Notes: generated by a model from the sequence alone, not told the origin. 64,000 bases of DNA from an uncultured Chloroflexota bacterium (GCA_964522375.1 CAZFVB010000002.1:3752-67751); one strand, 5' to 3'. Counted from the stretch's first letter, positions 29,344 through 40,638 are shown. Made by a program: numbers and translations.

Positions 29344-30268
29344 ACATCTGATCGATATCGCCGATTTTTCTCGGGATGAGTTTGATTCCGTATTGGAAAC
29401 AGCCGTGTCTATGCGACAAGTGCTGGACCGTCCTATCAGTCGCGTTCCAACCCTACGTGGAAAATCTATAGTTAACGTGTTCTTCGAAGCCAGCACACGG
29501 ACCCGCGTATCCTTTGAACTCGCCGGGAAATCGCTTAGTGCGGACGTCGTAAACGTCGCCTCTTCCGGAAGCAGCATTGAAAAAGGCGAATCGCTCATTG
29601 ACACATTTCATACGATTCAGGCGCTTGGAGCCGATCTTGTCGTACTTCGGCACCCAAAAGCCGGTGCTCCAGATCTAGCCGCCCGGAACCTTTCGTGTAG
29701 TGTCGTAAATGCTGGTGATGGCCTAAGGGGCCATCCCAGCCAAGCGCTGCTTGACCTATTCACGGTTCAACAACATACCGGAGACCTCGAGGGCTTAAAA
29801 ATCGTGATTGTGGGAGATGTACTCCATAGCCGAGTGGCCCGTTCCGGCATCTGGGCATTTGCACGAATGGGTGCTCATGTATACCTAAGTGGTCCACCTA
29901 CGCTCCTGCCACAGCACTTCAATAAGCTTGTTAATGGCGACGGCATAGTCCGAATAGAGTATGACCTCGACCGAGCCATTGACGGTGCTGACGTCGTCAT
30001 GGCCTTAAGGATCCAAAAAGAACGCATGCACTTAGGGATGCTGCCTGATCTTCGTGAATATGCCCGCCGCTGGGGAATTACATCAGCGCGCCTTTCACGT
30101 GCTGATCGACGAGCCCTGTTGATGCATCCGGGTCCTATGAACCAAGGAATTGAAATATCTCCTGATGTGGCCTACGGAAAACACTCAGTCATATCTGAAC
30201 AAGTAACAAACGGCGTGGCGGTGCGCATGGCGATTCTCTACCTATTACTTGCCGGAACCCCCACATGA
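29327..30268 (+). CDS. pyrB: Aspartate carbamoyltransferase catalytic subunit
   Basis: STRTR carbamoyl-phosphate motif (FFEASTRTRVSFE) and HPSQALLD. Start ATG at 29327 with AGGAAA RBS; overlaps the pyrR end. Confidence 0.95.
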   Translation: MPLHRRHLIDIADFSRDEFDSVLETAVSMRQVLDRPISRVPTLRGKSIVNVFFEASTRTRVSFELAGKSLSADVVNVASSGSSIEKGESLIDTFHTIQALGADLVVLRHPKAGAPDLAARNLSCSVVNAGDGLRGHPSQALLDLFTVQQHTGDLEGLKIVIVGDVLHSRVARSGIWAFARMGAHVYLSGPPTLLPQHFNKLVNGDGIVRIEYDLDRAIDGADVVMALRIQKERMHLGMLPDLREYARRWGITSARLSRADRRALLMHPGPMNQGIEISPDVAYGKHSVISEQVTNGVAVRMAILYLLLAGTPT

Positions 30269-30885
30269 CCGGATATACGGCTCTCCCCTTACGATTAATC
30301 TTGCCGGGCCTATACCAATGGACTGTAGCTTGGCCTCGTTATCCGTTGGAGTCCTATCTGATCGAAACCGGTGATGGCTGCATAGCAATTGATCCCCAAG
30401 ACGCACATCCAAACGTGTTTGGAAACAGTCACAGTAATGTCCGACATGTCATCCTCACGAACCATTACCACGAACGAGCAGCAGCGATATGGAAACATCG
30501 ATATGGAGCCACTGTATGGGCGCCAAAAGCCGATATGAATAACCTTGAAACCATTGCTGCCGACGAGGCTTACTCCCAAAACTCCATGTTGCCTGGCGGG
30601 ATACAGGCGGTTCACCTTGGTGGAATCACAGAGGGTGAACATGCGTTGCTGTGGCCAGAAAACCGCGGAGTGCTCTTTGTAGGCGACGCTCTAGGCACTA
30701 CAAGCTACTGGACCCATGGCGAAGGTGAACTCGGCGCACATCCGAAATTTCGCCCGCCCACTCGGCTCGCAAAATTACTGGAGCTTGATTTCACCAGCTT
30801 GGTAGTAGGACATGGTGAACCCATCCTGGATCAAGCAAAAACCGCTCTGGCCAAGCACCTGGAAATGATGGCCCATGACACCTAG
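30265..30885 (+). CDS. MBL-fold-like protein wedged between pyrB and pyrC (a bbc-like bridging ORF) with a degenerate HxHxDH motif
   Basis: 206 aa. IETGDGCIAIDP, HVILTNHYHERAA (partial HxHx), AVHLGG, FVGDALG and VVGHGEP correspond to MBL motifs 1-5. ATGA overlap with the pyrB stop and an 11-nt overlap with the pyrC start. Confidence 0.6.
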   Translation: MTGYTALPLRLILPGLYQWTVAWPRYPLESYLIETGDGCIAIDPQDAHPNVFGNSHSNVRHVILTNHYHERAAAIWKHRYGATVWAPKADMNNLETIAADEAYSQNSMLPGGIQAVHLGGITEGEHALLWPENRGVLFVGDALGTTSYWTHGEGELGAHPKFRPPTRLAKLLELDFTSLVVGHGEPILDQAKTALAKHLEMMAHDT

Positions 30886-32230
30886 ACAACCCCTCGTTAT
30901 TAGAGGAGGACGTCTCATTGACCCTTCTCAAAAATTGAACCGGATTGCCGACCTTGTGATCGAAGACGGGAAAATCTCAGCAATAGATCCGCCCGCAGGT
31001 CAACTTCCACTCGGGGAACCGACCGTTCTGGACGCCTCCGGGCTTGTAGTTACCCCGGGGTTCGTTGACATCCATGCGCACCTCAGAGTTCCGGGATTCG
31101 AATATAAAGAAACACTTGTTTCAGGAACTCGCGCAGCTGCAGCCGGAGGGTTCACCACTGTTTGTGCCATGCCTAACACAAACCCTGTTATCGATTCGCG
31201 CAGCGTTCTTGAATCAGTTTTAGAACAGGCAACAGAACAAGCCGTTGTTAATGTCCACGTTCACGCAGCAATCAGTATTGGACAAGAAGGTGTACAACTC
31301 GCTGAACTAGGTGACTTAAGTGACGCTGGTGCAATCGGGTTTACTGATGACGGCATACCGCTCGCAAACTCCAAGCTCATGCGCCACGCGCTGGAGTACG
31401 CAACCCAGCTTGGCCGCCCAGTAAGCAACCACGCGGAAGATCCAGCCCTTATTGCCGGTGCAGCTATGCACGAAGGGGTGATTTCCGCCCGGCTAGGTCT
31501 TCCTGCTGCGCCACGACAAGCTGAAGAAATCATGCTGTCCCGAGACTTGTTACTTGCCGAGCTAACAGCAGGCCGCTATCACTGTATTCATGTCAGCTCA
31601 GGAGGTTCAGTCGATCTCATAAAACGCGCAAAGGACCGAGGCGTAAATGTCACTGCCGAGGTAACACCCCACCACCTTACGCTTACCGACGCGTTGATTG
31701 CCGGAAGAACTGAGCCAGTAAGTGCCGCTTTACCGCCTTACGACACAAACACCAAGGTTGCGCCTCCGTTACGAGAGCAATCGGACTGTGAAGCCTTAAT
31801 TCAGGCGTTAGTAGACGGCACGATTGACTGTATTGCAACCGACCACGCTCCTCACGCTTTACACGATAAAGATGTGGAATTCGCAGATGCTGCCGTCGGC
31901 TTTACCGCACTCGAAACAGCCCTCGCGTCTGTCCTGAGTTTAGTTCACACGAACCAGCTTAAACTCGCAACAGCAATCGAACTTCTGACCGTAGGTCCGG
32001 CGCAATGCTACGGATTGCCAGCAGGCACACTAAAGCTAGGAAGCCCAGCGGATGTCACAGTCTTCGACCCTGACGAAGAATTCATCGTCGACCCGACAAG
32101 CTTTCACTCACGTGGGAAGAACACACCACTTGCCGGACTCCCGTTGCATGGTGTCGTTCATCACACGTTTGTAAACGGCACTCATGTCTATGACCGATCA
32201 TCTCCTGAAGCTGGAACTCTGAGTGCCTGA
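30875..32230 (+). CDS. pyrC: Dihydroorotase
   Basis: PGFVDIHAHLRVPG (metal-binding HxH) and the DHAPH-type motif IATDHAPH; 451 aa. Confidence 0.9.
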   Translation: MTPRQPLVIRGGRLIDPSQKLNRIADLVIEDGKISAIDPPAGQLPLGEPTVLDASGLVVTPGFVDIHAHLRVPGFEYKETLVSGTRAAAAGGFTTVCAMPNTNPVIDSRSVLESVLEQATEQAVVNVHVHAAISIGQEGVQLAELGDLSDAGAIGFTDDGIPLANSKLMRHALEYATQLGRPVSNHAEDPALIAGAAMHEGVISARLGLPAAPRQAEEIMLSRDLLLAELTAGRYHCIHVSSGGSVDLIKRAKDRGVNVTAEVTPHHLTLTDALIAGRTEPVSAALPPYDTNTKVAPPLREQSDCEALIQALVDGTIDCIATDHAPHALHDKDVEFADAAVGFTALETALASVLSLVHTNQLKLATAIELLTVGPAQCYGLPAGTLKLGSPADVTVFDPDEEFIVDPTSFHSRGKNTPLAGLPLHGVVHHTFVNGTHVYDRSSPEAGTLSA

Positions 32231-33419
32231 GCGACCATCCATTCTTGCGCTTGAAACCGGCGATGTGTTCTATGGCTTTGCTTTCGGCGCTGATGTCACA
32301 GGTACAGGAGAAGTCGTGTTCAATACAAGCATGACTGGCTACCAGGAGATATCAACCGACGCATCTTACCGAGGCCAGCTTGTCGTGATGACCTATCCGC
32401 TAATAAATAATTACGGTATTAACAAAGACGACGTTGAATCTCGCAGACCATGGATATCCGGCATGGTGGTTCGAGAACTCGCAACTACCCGCAACAACTG
32501 GCGAATGGCATCGGATCTGAGCACCTATTTTTGCGAGCATGAAATTCCTGGAATCGAAGGCATCGATACAAGAGCACTGACACGTATTCTTCGGACGCGA
32601 GGACCGCAGCGCGGCGTGATAATTCAAGCACCTACAAATATTGCCAATGGCTCTGATCGTTTTTCGTGGATTAAGGGAAGGTCCGCTGCTGCAGCAGAAT
32701 GGGCCGAAAGCCAGATCCAAGAGGCTCAGACTCTTGCTCCATATTCCAACCATGACTACGTGAACGACGTAACCACTCAAAATCCATATATAGCTGATGA
32801 AAGCCCATGGGAACCATGGCCTACCGCCAAAGTTCGAGATAACAAGCCACGAATCACGCTACTGGACGTAGGTGTGAAAACAAATATTGTCCGCTCACTG
32901 ACACATCGTGGCTGTGTGGTCACAGTGCTTCCATATGGGTCCAGCATCGCCGACGTGGAGAGTACAAATCCCGATGGTGTTGTTGTCTGTAACGGACCGG
33001 GAGACCCTGAGCAAGCCGGTCAAGCTGTAGAAACGGTCCGAGGTCTAATAGGTCGTCTACCGATAATGGGTATCTGCCTCGGCCACCAAGTTCTCGGTCT
33101 AGCAATCGGCGCCACCACGAGTCGCCTCCCCTTCGGTCACCGGGGCGCCAATCAACCGGTAAAAGAACTACTGTCGGGTCGCGCCTATATCACCTCCCAA
33201 AACCATGGTTACCAGGTCGATGCCTCATCAATACCTCAGGAAAGCGGATTCCGGGTAAGCCACATCAATCTTAATGACGGGTCTGTTGAAGGCCTAGCCC
33301 ACGAATCACTCCCGGTATTTTCGGTCCAATACCATCCCGAAGCCAGCCCCGGGCCACAGGATAACCAGTACTTATTTGACAGGTTTTTGAACCTCATCGA
33401 AAAGGAACCCTCCGCATGA
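32223..33419 (+). CDS. carA: Carbamoyl-phosphate synthase small (glutamine amidotransferase) subunit
   Basis: GICLGHQ catalytic-Cys motif and a CPSase small-chain N-domain. GTG start overlaps the pyrC stop by 8 nt. Confidence 0.95.
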   Translation: MPERPSILALETGDVFYGFAFGADVTGTGEVVFNTSMTGYQEISTDASYRGQLVVMTYPLINNYGINKDDVESRRPWISGMVVRELATTRNNWRMASDLSTYFCEHEIPGIEGIDTRALTRILRTRGPQRGVIIQAPTNIANGSDRFSWIKGRSAAAAEWAESQIQEAQTLAPYSNHDYVNDVTTQNPYIADESPWEPWPTAKVRDNKPRITLLDVGVKTNIVRSLTHRGCVVTVLPYGSSIADVESTNPDGVVVCNGPGDPEQAGQAVETVRGLIGRLPIMGICLGHQVLGLAIGATTSRLPFGHRGANQPVKELLSGRAYITSQNHGYQVDASSIPQESGFRVSHINLNDGSVEGLAHESLPVFSVQYHPEASPGPQDNQYLFDRFLNLIEKEPSA

Positions 33420-33455
33420 ATTCTCCCCGCAACACGTTTGGCCCAAGAAAATCCC

Positions 33456-36400
33456 ATGCCTGATCTTTCGTCAGTCCTCATTATTGGCTCCGGTCCTATT
33501 GTGATTGGCCAAGCCGCAGAATTCGACTATGCCGGCACACAGGCGTGCAAGGCGATGCGGGAAGAAGGTGTTCGATCGATTCTGGTGAATTCAAATCCAG
33601 CAACAATCATGACTGACGAAGATGTGGCAGACCGGGTATACATTGAGCCCCTTACCGTTCCGGTTCTCGAGCGTGTAATCGATCGCGAAAGACCCGATGG
33701 GTTACTCGCCTCAATGGGTGGCCAAACCGCTCTTAACCTCGCGGTAGAACTCGAAGACGCCGGGATCCTCGAGAAATACGACCTTAAGCTACTTGGAACT
33801 CCTGTTACAGCAATACAAGATGCCGAGGATCGCGAACGATTCCGGAACCTAATGCACGATATTGGCGAGCCGGTTCCAGATAGCCGGATCGTCACGTCCT
33901 TACCCGAAGCATGGGATTTCGCACGATCATGCGGATTCCCGCTCATCATCCGCCCCGCCTACACACTCGGAGGAAGTGGCGGCGGAGTCGCCCGCCACGA
34001 AGATGAATTTGAGGCCGTAGTGACTCAGGGACTACAAACCAGTCCAATCCGCCAGGTGCTCGTAGAACGTTCCTTAATCGGATGGAAAGAAGTTGAGTAC
34101 GAGGTCATGCGGGATGGTGGGGACAACTGCATCACAATCTGCAACATGGAAAATTTTGACCCCATGGGAGTCCACACTGGAGATTCTATTGTCTTCGCCC
34201 CTTCTCAAACGCTGAGCGACAAGGAGTACCAAATGCTCCGAAGCGCTTCGCTAAAGATCATTCGAGCCTTGGGGGTGGAAGGTGGATGCAACGTCCAATT
34301 AGCCCTAGACCCCAACTCCTTCGATTACTTTGTAATTGAGGTGAATCCACGAGTTAGCCGGTCCTCAGCACTCGCCTCAAAAGCTACCGGATACCCAATC
34401 GCCCGAATTGCAGCCCGAATAGCACTGGGTTGGAAACTTGACGACCTTCGTAATCCGATTACGCAGAGCACATCAGCAGCATTCGAACCTTCCCTTGATT
34501 ACGTGGTTACCAAGATCCCACGATGGCCTTTTGACAAGTTCAGCCATGCTGACCGTCGCCTCGGAACCCAAATGAAAGCTACCGGCGAAGTAATGGCCAT
34601 TGAACGAACAATTGAAGCATCGCTAAACAAAGCGGTTAGAGGAATGGAGAACGGTGGTCGAACCCTTCTGTGGGAGGACTCTCGATGGACCGACGATGAA
34701 TCGGCCATCTGGTGGCGCATTGAACACGCCCATGACGAACGACTGTGGGCAATCATGGCTGCACTTCGGCGCGGTGCTACAGCATCTGAGATTTCCCGGA
34801 GATCGGGGATTGATCGATTTTTTGTCGACAAGATGGCTAATTTACTCACGACCGAACGTCGATTACTAGGCAATCCCCTGTCACCAGACCTGGTATGGCA
34901 CGCCAAACGACAAGGGTTTTCGGACCACATGATCGCCTCGTTGAGCGATACGCTTCCGGAAAAAGTCCGTGAATTACGGGAAGCCTCGGATATACGGCCG
35001 ACATACAAAATGGTCGATACGTGTGCTGCAGAGTTCGACGCAGCCACTCCCTATTTTTGGAGCACGTACGAAACTGAAAACGAAGCTGTTCCGTCCGGAA
35101 ATCCCTCCGCTGTAGTACTCGGGAGCGGCCCAATAAGAATCGGCCAAGGTATCGAGTTCGATTACTGCTCAGTACATTCGGCATGGGCCTTAGGTGAAGC
35201 CGGATTCGACAGCGTTATGATCAACTCAAACCCTGAAACCGTCAGCACCGACTTCGATACGTCAACACGACTGTACTTCGAAGCGCTTGATGAAGAGAGC
35301 GTTACAGAAGTCCTGCAAAACGAAAAGACCTCCGGTAGTAACGCACCTCCACTAGTCGCCCAATTCGGTGGACAAACCGCGATAAACCTTGCTGGCCCCC
35401 TTTACACCGCTGGGTTTGAAATCGCAGGTAGCGGCGTTGCGAGCATCGATCAAGCCGAGAATCGGGATAAATTTGATCGTTTCCTGGAAAAACTGGGCAT
35501 TCTGCGTCCCCCGGGAGCTGCTGTAACCCAAATGTCCGATGCCCTCGACATAGCCGAACGGCTCGGATACCCAGTGGTTGCTCGTCCCTCGTACGTGCTC
35601 GGTGGCCGTGCCATGCAAGTTGTTGATGACCGAGCCGATCTCGAGCGCTACATAGCCGAGGTCGTCCAGCCATCTCCTGAACACCCAGTTTTAATCGACA
35701 AATACCTTCAAGGTCTTGAGGTCGAGGTAGATGCGATCTGCGACGGTACTTCCACACTGGTACCTGGAATCATGGAGCATATTGAACGAGCGGGGGTTCA
35801 TTCTGGCGACAGTTTCGCGGTCTACCCGCCGATAAGTGTCGATGCAGAGCAACAAGCTTCGCTTTTAGACGCTACCCAACGAATTTGCGCTGGACTCAGC
35901 GCACGAGGTCTCGTCAACATCCAGTATGTACTGCACGACGGCAAAGTCTATGTGATTGAGGTCAATCCTCGAGCCAGCCGGACTGTACCTTTCTTAAGCA
36001 AGGCGACCGGCATACCTATGGTCAAGCTCGCGACCAAGACAATGTTTGGCTCCACTCTAAAAGAACTTGGATACGAGTCAGGATTAGCCGAAACTCGACC
36101 GTTGGTAGCCGTAAAAGCGCCGGTTTTTTCAATGTCAAAGCTTTCAGGCGTTGACACATATCTCGGGCCGGAAATGAAATCCACGGGTGAGGTAATGGGC
36201 CTAGGCGCTTCATTCCCCACCGCATTGAGAAAAGCGATGATTTCAGCTGGGATCGACGTCCCTGAACAAGGTGACGTGCTGGTCTCCATTGCTGACCGAG
36301 ACAAAGCTGAAGCCGCTCCGATCATCTCAAGATTATCGGAGCTTGGGTTTGGATTGGTGGCCACGGAAGGAACAGCAGCGTTTATTGAATCGTCTCTTGA

Positions 36401-36668
36401 ACTTTCCGTGCAAAGAATCAGCAAGATCAGGGCGGGAAGTCCAAATGTTGAAGAATTCATTCGTGAAGGACGTGTGGTCTTGGTCATTAACACTCTGACC
36501 GGACGCCGCGAAGCACTTCAGGATGGTCACTACATGCGACGGGCTGCGGCCGAAACCCAAACGCCTTGCTTAACTTCTCTGGATACGGCCCGAGCATTAG
36601 TGGATGCGATTGCCGACAGAGAAAATCCGTACCAAGTACAAACTATAGATGAGTATCGAGGAGACTAG
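33456..36668 (+). CDS. carB: Carbamoyl-phosphate synthase large subunit
   Basis: Duplicated ATP-grasp halves ([21 protein letters not shown] ... [18 protein letters not shown]) and a C-terminal MGS-like domain; ~1070 aa. Confidence 0.95.
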   Translation: MPDLSSVLIIGSGPIVIGQAAEFDYAGTQACKAMREEGVRSILVNSNPATIMTDEDVADRVYIEPLTVPVLERVIDRERPDGLLASMGGQTALNLAVELEDAGILEKYDLKLLGTPVTAIQDAEDRERFRNLMHDIGEPVPDSRIVTSLPEAWDFARSCGFPLIIRPAYTLGGSGGGVARHEDEFEAVVTQGLQTSPIRQVLVERSLIGWKEVEYEVMRDGGDNCITICNMENFDPMGVHTGDSIVFAPSQTLSDKEYQMLRSASLKIIRALGVEGGCNVQLALDPNSFDYFVIEVNPRVSRSSALASKATGYPIARIAARIALGWKLDDLRNPITQSTSAAFEPSLDYVVTKIPRWPFDKFSHADRRLGTQMKATGEVMAIERTIEASLNKAVRGMENGGRTLLWEDSRWTDDESAIWWRIEHAHDERLWAIMAALRRGATASEISRRSGIDRFFVDKMANLLTTERRLLGNPLSPDLVWHAKRQGFSDHMIASLSDTLPEKVRELREASDIRPTYKMVDTCAAEFDAATPYFWSTYETENEAVPSGNPSAVVLGSGPIRIGQGIEFDYCSVHSAWALGEAGFDSVMINSNPETVSTDFDTSTRLYFEALDEESVTEVLQNEKTSGSNAPPLVAQFGGQTAINLAGPLYTAGFEIAGSGVASIDQAENRDKFDRFLEKLGILRPPGAAVTQMSDALDIAERLGYPVVARPSYVLGGRAMQVVDDRADLERYIAEVVQPSPEHPVLIDKYLQGLEVEVDAICDGTSTLVPGIMEHIERAGVHSGDSFAVYPPISVDAEQQASLLDATQRICAGLSARGLVNIQYVLHDGKVYVIEVNPRASRTVPFLSKATGIPMVKLATKTMFGSTLKELGYESGLAETRPLVAVKAPVFSMSKLSGVDTYLGPEMKSTGEVMGLGASFPTALRKAMISAGIDVPEQGDVLVSIADRDKAEAAPIISRLSELGFGLVATEGTAAFIESSLELSVQRISKIRAGSPNVEEFIREGRVVLVINTLTGRREALQDGHYMRRAAAETQTPCLTSLDTARALVDAIADRENPYQVQTIDEYRGD

Positions 36669-36670
36669 GG

Positions 36671-37498
36671 TTGCGCAAGCGGCTTGAAGTTGCGCATGTG
36701 ATTCGAAATGTTCAAATCACACAGCGCCTCTGGTGGTGTGAATATAACGCTCCTGAAATTGCGTCTTCCGCCTTACCCGGCCAATTTGCCCACGTTCTAT
36801 GCAGCGAGCCTGAGCAGTTTGATCCATTACTTCGACGACCATTGAGTTTTTCAAGAATTGATCCATCCAAAGGCCATGTGGCCTTTCTCCTCGACACTGT
36901 CGGACGGGGCACATCGTGGCTGGTGCAACAACCCACCGGCGCCGAAATTGACATGCTAGGCCCGCTCGGCACCCCGTTTGAATTCCAATTTGCCGAATCA
37001 AACGTACTCTTGGTCGGTGGTGGAATCGGTCTGGCTCCACTAATTGCCCTGGCTGACACGGCCCCACAACGCGGTATCAACGTCCGCCTGCTTGGTGGAG
37101 GACGAGATGTCGAACAGATCACGCCTCAAGAATGGCTACACCCAGACACGACGTACCTGATCTCCACCGATGACGGAACCGCTGGCCACCACGGATTCGT
37201 CACCGACCTTGTGCCGGAACACTACAACTGGAGTGACCAAATCTGCGTTTGTGGACCAACTCCCATGATGCAGGCGATGGCACAACTTTCGCCTCGGCTT
37301 GCCAAGAAACATGGGCACGTCCCGGTCCACACATCTCTCGAGGCGCGAATGGGCTGTGCGATGGGTGTCTGTTATTCGTGTGTCGTCAAAACAACCGAGG
37401 GGGTCAAGCGTGTCTGTCATGACGGCCCGGTATTCGACCAAAACCACCTGACGTGGGAATGGAATCACGTAGCTCCGGTGCACGGTCAACAGAATTGA
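36671..37498 (+). CDS. pyrK: Dihydroorotate dehydrogenase electron-transfer subunit (FAD / 2Fe-2S)
   Basis: RPLSF FAD-binding motif, GGGIGLAP NAD-binding motif and a C-terminal C-x-MGVC-x-SC Fe-S cluster. TTG start has GAGGAG 8 nt upstream and sits 3 nt after the carB stop. Confidence 0.85.
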   Translation: MRKRLEVAHVIRNVQITQRLWWCEYNAPEIASSALPGQFAHVLCSEPEQFDPLLRRPLSFSRIDPSKGHVAFLLDTVGRGTSWLVQQPTGAEIDMLGPLGTPFEFQFAESNVLLVGGGIGLAPLIALADTAPQRGINVRLLGGGRDVEQITPQEWLHPDTTYLISTDDGTAGHHGFVTDLVPEHYNWSDQICVCGPTPMMQAMAQLSPRLAKKHGHVPVHTSLEARMGCAMGVCYSCVVKTTEGVKRVCHDGPVFDQNHLTWEWNHVAPVHGQQN

Positions 37499-37533
37499 TC
37501 GACCGTAAAAACTATCCGCCCGAACAAGGCATC

Positions 37534-37980
37534 TCAGGCGTCTCGCCAGAGCCTTCCCCTCGACCTAACACGAGACAATAGCGAAACATCGAAACTCGGC
37601 AAGTCGAACCCGTCCGGCTGTGGGGCCCCGTGAATCCCAAGCTTGGCTTGAATTTCCGGCCTCGTGTAATACGCGTTGTAGGTCTGACGAACGAGCTCAG
37701 CAAATGCTTCCGGGGCTGACATCTCCACAAGCTTAAGAATTTCTATCCGTTCTTCAGGATTACGTTGTAAAAACGGTGCATCGCCTGCAGCCTTCTCAAT
37801 GGCATCCAAAGCTAGGAACATAAGCTCGTGTATCTCCTCGCGTTCTCGAAGAAACTCGTCAACAATCGAGGCCGAACCAACCGACCCCGCGGCAGGCATA
37901 CCGTCTTCAGCAGGAATCAATTGATTCTGAACCTCCGTAAGGAGTGCAAGCTGCTGGGCGTTAAACAAACGTTCAGTCAT
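37534..37980 (-). CDS. Gluconate 2-dehydrogenase subunit 3 family small protein (GMC oxidoreductase partner)
   Basis: About 148 aa, immediately downstream of and ATGA-overlapping the GMC oxidoreductase. No twin-arginine signal is visible. Start taken at MTERLF (37980). Confidence 0.55.
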   Translation of the reverse strand: MTERLFNAQQLALLTEVQNQLIPAEDGMPAAGSVGSASIVDEFLREREEIHELMFLALDAIEKAAGDAPFLQRNPEERIEILKLVEMSAPEAFAELVRQTYNAYYTRPEIQAKLGIHGAPQPDGFDLPSFDVSLLSRVRSRGRLWRDA

Positions 37981-39596
37981 GCATATAAATCCTGAAAGTT
38001 TCGACTCACCCAGTCCGCGCACCGAAGCGCGATCGCCTGAATCGTACTCGTTGGATTTACGGCTCCAGAAGTCGTAAACACGCTGCCATCGATGACAAAC
38101 AGGTTACGGCACTCGTGCGAGCACCCCCATTGATCGACGACAGAACGCTCGGGATCATTGCCCATCCGACAGGTACCCATTAAATGCCAACCACTGTCCT
38201 GCACTAGCGGATCAACCAACACCTCGGCTGCACCAGCCGCCTCACATAATTCTTGAGCCCGCGCTATTGCAAACGGCATCATCTTTTTGGTGTTCGCACC
38301 TAACCGGTAACACACAAGGGGCGCAGGTATTCCATCTGCGTCGGTAAGCTGTGGATCAATCGTGACCCGATTTATTTCCTCCGGAAGGTCTTCGCCCATC
38401 ACCGTAATAGTGATTGCATGGCGATAAAGTTTTCCGAGCGCACGATGATGGCCCGCTCCCCATGCCACTGGAACTCCAGACAAGCCTCCATTCGCAGTAG
38501 TCAACGGACCAACACTCCGACTGAGTTGCAATTCGAACCCTCGAACGAACCCTCGAGACATGTCTGTTTCGTAAAACTCCTGGCAATTCATAAGCCCACC
38601 AAGAGGGCCCCGCTGCGCATCTAACAGCTCATCAAACACCCCCGTCACAAACCCCACCGGATGGAACATAAGATGGGTTCCAACCAACCCTGAATGATTA
38701 GCCAGACCTTTCGGAAACTGTGACGACACTGAATTGAGCAGCAACCTCGGTGTTCCTACCCCATTGGCGGCCACAATAACGACTCGAGCCGTATGCTCGC
38801 GCCGGATACCCGACTCATCCCAGAAAACCACGCCTCGGGCACGGCCGTCACCATCCACAGTGACCTCCTCGACCCGAGCATGTGTAATCAGCTCAACGCC
38901 ATTTTCAATAGCCATCGGCCAATACGTAACGTGAGCGCTCGACATCGATGCTGTGGGACAACCAATGTCGCATGGACCGCAGGCATTACACGCAGATCGG
39001 TCCTGCCCAAATGCCTCGCTGATAAGGGCGTTATCAGACGGCCACCAATGCCAGCCCAATTTATCCAGACCCCGAAAATATGCTTCGCAAGCAGCATCAA
39101 ACCCTAGAGGAGGTGTCTGACGTGCACCTCGAGACGGATTCCCTGGATCTCCGGAAAGTCCTGACACGCCAATCATCGAGTCATTTAGTTCGTAGAACGG
39201 CTCAAGATCCCAATACGTCAGCGGCCAGTCATCAGCTATGCCATCCAGAGTACGCACACGGAAATCAGAAGGACGCATGCGCGGAAAGTGTCCTGACCAA
39301 TGCACCGTGCTTCCGCCCACGGCATTCATCATTAAAGGTCGAATCGGGGTGCCTGAGGCATTAATCGGGTAGTCCTCTGGCCATCGACGCACATTAGGAT
39401 CCTTGTGAAATTCTGACTGGCGAGCCAACTCGTAGTCAGGCCGTCCGTGCGCATATTCAGAATTCTCGATCCACCGCCCCTGTTCCAGACAGGTCACCTT
39501 CAACCCACTTCGCGACAAAGACCAGGCGGCCGCTGCGCCCGCAGCACCCGCACCAACAATTAGAACGTCTGACTCAAGCACCCGTACTGCTCTCAT
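37977..39596 (-). CDS. GMC-family FAD-dependent oxidoreductase
   Basis: N-terminal DVLIVGAGAAGAAAAWSLSRSG Rossmann motif and the GMC C-terminal domain; 539 aa. Confidence 0.85.
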   Translation of the reverse strand: MRAVRVLESDVLIVGAGAAGAAAAWSLSRSGLKVTCLEQGRWIENSEYAHGRPDYELARQSEFHKDPNVRRWPEDYPINASGTPIRPLMMNAVGGSTVHWSGHFPRMRPSDFRVRTLDGIADDWPLTYWDLEPFYELNDSMIGVSGLSGDPGNPSRGARQTPPLGFDAACEAYFRGLDKLGWHWWPSDNALISEAFGQDRSACNACGPCDIGCPTASMSSAHVTYWPMAIENGVELITHARVEEVTVDGDGRARGVVFWDESGIRREHTARVVIVAANGVGTPRLLLNSVSSQFPKGLANHSGLVGTHLMFHPVGFVTGVFDELLDAQRGPLGGLMNCQEFYETDMSRGFVRGFELQLSRSVGPLTTANGGLSGVPVAWGAGHHRALGKLYRHAITITVMGEDLPEEINRVTIDPQLTDADGIPAPLVCYRLGANTKKMMPFAIARAQELCEAAGAAEVLVDPLVQDSGWHLMGTCRMGNDPERSVVDQWGCSHECRNLFVIDGSVFTTSGAVNPTSTIQAIALRCADWVSRNFQDLYA

Positions 39597-39666
39597 CTAT
39601 CACCGTCTTCCACACACCCCTGCAGCGCGCGTCAGTCAATATGGATTCCGCTAATTGGTACTCGGA

Positions 39667-40638
39667 TTAGTTCCATCGGTGCACCTCGGGATCAACACTG
39701 GTCGGCACTACCCGATCCAGTTCGGGCCATATTTCCTCGGGAATTTCGTGAGCTGCCAAAACCAACGTTTGCTCTATTCGACCCGATCTACTTGCACCTA
39801 CGTTTGTGGACGTAATGCGCGGATCCCGTAACGAGATCTGCAGTGACGCGGCGGCTAAAGGATCCTGATACCGGTCACAAATCCGCTCAAGTTCGTAGGC
39901 CCGACGCACGACATCTTCGTCTGCGTTCTGGTAGGCGTATCTTGGATAGGCCTTCGGACCACGGGAAAGGATTCCACTACCATACGGAGCCGCATTCAAG
40001 ACCGCTACATTTCGAAGAGCCGCGATCTCTAGCAACGGTTCCGCGGAGCGATTGAGGAGGGTATACCGATTGTGAGTAACCACAACCTCAAAACACCCCG
40101 TCTCAACATACCGGATTTCCTGATCAATAGGGCCACCTGCCACACCCAGATGATCAATTAATCCCTCTTCCTTCATCGACAGCAAAACTTCCACAGGTCC
40201 ACCCGGTGCCATAATCGACTCATAGGTCGAGTGTTCTGCATCATGAAGATGCACGAGTTGGAGACGTTCGAGACCCAAAAGATCAAGACTTCGTTCCACG
40301 GACTTACGCATCTGCGCCCCGCTGAAATCACCAGTTTTCAGATCACGATCAGCCTTCGTCCCAATAACCCAACCCCCGGGAATCCCCCCAATTTCTCGTA
40401 AGACATTGCCGATCCGCCGTTCACTTTCTCCATCCCCATACGACGCTGCGGTATCGACAAAATTTATGGGGCCTGTAAACACCTCCCGCAGCATGCCAAC
40501 AGCCTCATCTTCTGCTACCTCATAGGCAAAAACTTCCGGCATATCTCCAAGGGCAGCTGTCCCCACAGATAAAGGCGTGACTCTTAGACCAGTCGTCCCC
40601 AGAACTCGAAGCGAAAAATAGTCGCCTGGTTTGCTCAT
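39667..40638 (-). CDS. Aldo/keto reductase family oxidoreductase
   Basis: LGTTGLRVTPLSVGTAALG N-terminus, DTAASYGDGESE and an AKR (alpha/beta)8 signature. Confidence 0.85.
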   Translation of the reverse strand: MSKPGDYFSLRVLGTTGLRVTPLSVGTAALGDMPEVFAYEVAEDEAVGMLREVFTGPINFVDTAASYGDGESERRIGNVLREIGGIPGGWVIGTKADRDLKTGDFSGAQMRKSVERSLDLLGLERLQLVHLHDAEHSTYESIMAPGGPVEVLLSMKEEGLIDHLGVAGGPIDQEIRYVETGCFEVVVTHNRYTLLNRSAEPLLEIAALRNVAVLNAAPYGSGILSRGPKAYPRYAYQNADEDVVRRAYELERICDRYQDPLAAASLQISLRDPRITSTNVGASRSGRIEQTLVLAAHEIPEEIWPELDRVVPTSVDPEVHRWN

